DNA of 62,199 nt, the filler included, from Rhizaria sp. SCN 62-66 (lineage: Eukaryota): assembly GCA_001724265.1 (NCBI GenBank). It is 2 parts of 2 records of this genome, joined end to end, with 100 filler letters (N's around TTAATTAATTAA, not from the genome) between each part and the next. Parts side by side here need not be neighbours in the genome. Positions count along the whole stretch, not along the records: positions 31,415 to 62,199 come from MEDY01000363.1; 1 more part is not named here. One strand, given 5' to 3'. Below are positions 59,701 to 62,199 of the stretch, piece by piece (position 1 is the first letter of the stretch; each line of letters begins with the position of its first letter). The notes below the pieces were generated by a model, which saw only the letters and a list, made by a program, of their open reading frames with translations, had not been told where the DNA came from and made no database searches. A program made the position numbers and the translations under genes.

Positions 59701-62199
59701 AGTCTTGCACCCAACGGCAACGAGGTTGACAGCGTCGGCAGCAGCAGCAGCCACGTTGGCGCAAGCGCAAGTCTTGCCAACGTCAATGTGACCGTGGGTA
59801 ACGCCGCCGATCGCGCGCTGAACGACGATGCTGAGAGAGAGCACTACGCTGCGATGTCGATCGACGAGGCCGAGGGCTCAGTGCGCACTCTCCCGCGCGC
59901 TGAGGTTCTCATCCGCCACACGCGCGCGCTGATTCTGCGCCGCCTTCACACTGCGAAGCGCGACCGACGCATGTGGGTGTGGCAGCTGCTCTTCCCGTTC
60001 CTCATCCTGCTCGTGTTTATCCTTGCTACGAAGTTCGCCATCAAGGCCACGTTCCCCGCCACAATCACCACGCTCGCGGCGATCCCGAGCGCCGTCACTG
60101 TGCCGTTCGCCAACGCCACGCGCATCGCAGGCACGACTGCGCCGGACGCGCTGCAGGCGCTGATGGTTGGCGTTGAGGCCCAGAACTCGCGGCTGACGCT
60201 TGAGCCGCTGCAGGACCTGCCTGTTGACCCTGAGGCGACGTGGCCGCAGCGCTTCTCTGACGTGCTGCTGGCTAAGATCAAGGACGGTGATGATGAGAAC
60301 GCGACGGACTCTGTTGCGGATCACGACTCGGGCGCGACTGCTGTCTCTGAGTCTAGGAACGCGCAGACGGGCGCTGTTGCAAGCTTTGTGACGCACGCGA
60401 ACGAGTATTTGCGCGACGTTGCTGCAGCGCTGCTTCGCGTTGTCACTGACGAGGATGACAGTGACATCCCGCCGCGGTACATCGCGATGGGCTACAGCCA
60501 GCTGACGAACTTGCCGAGCGGCGTGACCGACGACAGCGAAGTGACCGTGGGCGACGAAGAAGATGATACCTTTGTCTCGAGCGTGCTGTTCGTCAACGCG
60601 ACCGTGCGCGACGGGCTGCCCATCGCGGTCAACACGTGGACCAACTCGCTGCTGCGCGCCACGCACGCGGTCAACGCCGCTGCGGACCCAGTGCCGACGG
60701 TGACTGTGACGAACTAGCCGCTGGACAAGACCCGCTCGCAGATGGTGCTCATGTCGGCAACGGCCGCGTTCGCCGTGTGCATCGCTATGGCCTTCGTGCC
60801 GGCCACGTTCGCCGCGTTCCTCGTCAAGGAGCGCGCGGATAAGGGCAAGCACCTGCAGCTCATCAGCGGCGTGTCGCCCATCGCGTACTGGCTCTCTGCG
60901 CTGCTGTGGGACCTCGTCAACTTCGTGCTGCCGTTCGCGCTCGTGATGCTGGTGCTGCTGGTGTTCGACGTCACGTCACTGCTCGGCGAGTCTGTGGGGG
61001 TGACTGTGCTCGTGCTCTGGCTCTTCTGCCTCGCAGTCGCACCTTTCACGTACTCGATGTCGTTTCTCTTTGACTCGCACTCGGTGGCGCAGAACATGAC
61101 TCTGCTCGTCAACTTCTTCTTCTCCGTGCTCCTGCTTATCGCCTACATTGTGATGCAGATCAACCCGTCGACGTCGAGCCTCAACAGCCACCTGGCGTTC
61201 GTGTACCGTCTCTTCCCGCCCTTCTGTCTCGGTGAGGTCATGGCCAACCTCATGGTTCGCGACTCGCGCACTGCCTTCCGCACGCCGCTGGGGCCCTGGG
61301 ACCTTAAGGTCTCTGGCTGGGCTCTCATCTTCCTCGTCATCGACTTCGTGATCTACACCGTCCTGCTTGCGTGCATCGAGCACGTGCATTCGAGCGGCTC
61401 TTTCTCCGCCGCGCTCAAGGCGCTGCCCTGCGGGTCTCGCCACCGCGAGTCCGGTGTGGCAGCGGCCACGAGCCAGAGCAGTGGCCTGAGCCGGTACACC
61501 GAGCTTTTCAATGACGGCAGCGCCTCGAACTCAGCTGCTACTACCAACGGCGTGAGTCTGGGTGACGGCGAAGATGAGGACGTGGCCGCTGAGCGCGCGC
61601 ACATCTTGGCCGGCCAGTGCGACGATCCCGAGCGGTTCATGGTCACGATCAAGGGCTTGCGCAAGGTGTACCCGTCGCGCCTCGGCGCCAAGCCGCACGT
61701 GGCCGTCGCAGACTTGTACTACAGTGTTGGCAAGGGCGAGTGCTTTGGCTTCCTCGGCGCGAACGGTGCGGGTAAGACAACCAGTCTCAAGATGCTCAGT
61801 GGTGATGAGACGCCGACATCCGGCACTGCGCTGCTGGGTGGCTTTGACATCCTGCACAGTCCCTACGAGGTCCGCCAGCTCATCGGCTACTGCCCGCAGT
61901 TCGACGCCCTGCTGCCGCTGCTCACCGCGCGCGAGCACCTTTCGCTGTACGCGCGCATCAAGTGCGTGCCGGAGGCGCGTGTCGCGCGCTTTGTGGCGGC
62001 GTTGATCGCGAAGCTCGGCCTCGATGACATCGCTGACAAGCCTGCCGGCACGTACTCCGGCGGCAACAAGCGTAAGCTCTCGGTCGGTATCGCTCTCGTT
62101 GGCAACCCGCTGATCGTGTTCCTGGATGAGCCGTCGACGGGCATGGACCCGCAGGCGCGTCGCTCGATGTGGAAGCTCATTTCGTCCACGATGGCCAAC
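56797..62199 (+). CDS. Full-size ABC transporter, subfamily A (ABCA), intronless here, 3' end beyond the window, with two in-frame TAGs (57505-57507, 60715-60717)
   Basis: N-terminus QFKALLVKNALLKRR, then EKELRIREGARMMGL. NBD1: GHNGAGKST, LSGGQKRKLS, YLDEPSSGMD, LTTH. Second half: FLVKERADKGKHLQLISGV. NBD2: GANGAGKTT, YSGGNKRKLS, FLDEPSTGMDP. All in one frame, interrupted only by the two TAGs. Confidence 0.95.

Noticed and set aside
56797-62199. ABCA as a pseudogene or three separate genes
   Set aside because: It is a single frame with intact Walker A, signature and Walker B motifs in both NBDs, and the only lesions are two TAGs, the same codon seen in other genes.
1-62199. CRISPR arrays, transposases, prophage or rRNA
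   Set aside because: No repeat-spacer structure, transposase or RT motifs, terminal repeats or rRNA-like sequence were seen. The tandem repeats noted are coding low-complexity tracts or simple microsatellites.

Overview
This is a gene-dense eukaryotic (protist-like) genomic window with GC-rich, low-complexity coding regions, AT-rich intergenic spacers and short (about 115-260 nt) GT-AG introns. An artificial scaffold spacer sits at 31315-31414. Genes, in order: a very long ankyrin-repeat protein (runs off the left edge), a ~2,180-aa coiled-coil/low-complexity protein, an isochorismatase-family protein, tRNA-Glu(TTC), a CdsA-like phosphatidate cytidylyltransferase, a plant-type 3-ketoacyl-CoA synthase, a YidC/Oxa1/Cox18-family insertase, a second ankyrin protein, the 3' end of a gene at the gap, a giant (>7,600 aa) secreted or surface protein with sushi and EGF modules, and an ABCA transporter (runs off the right edge). 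Main discovery: the organism appears to use a variant nuclear genetic code in which UAG is a sense codon (most likely Gln, Glu possible) while UAA and UGA remain stops. Five clear in-frame TAGs interrupt four otherwise continuous genes, with a probable sixth in a fifth gene, and all seven visible gene ends are TAA or TGA. Second signal: the giant gene needs two +1 frame changes, both of which can be placed at TAY-TTT-CCC-C (programmed frameshift versus homopolymer error unresolved).
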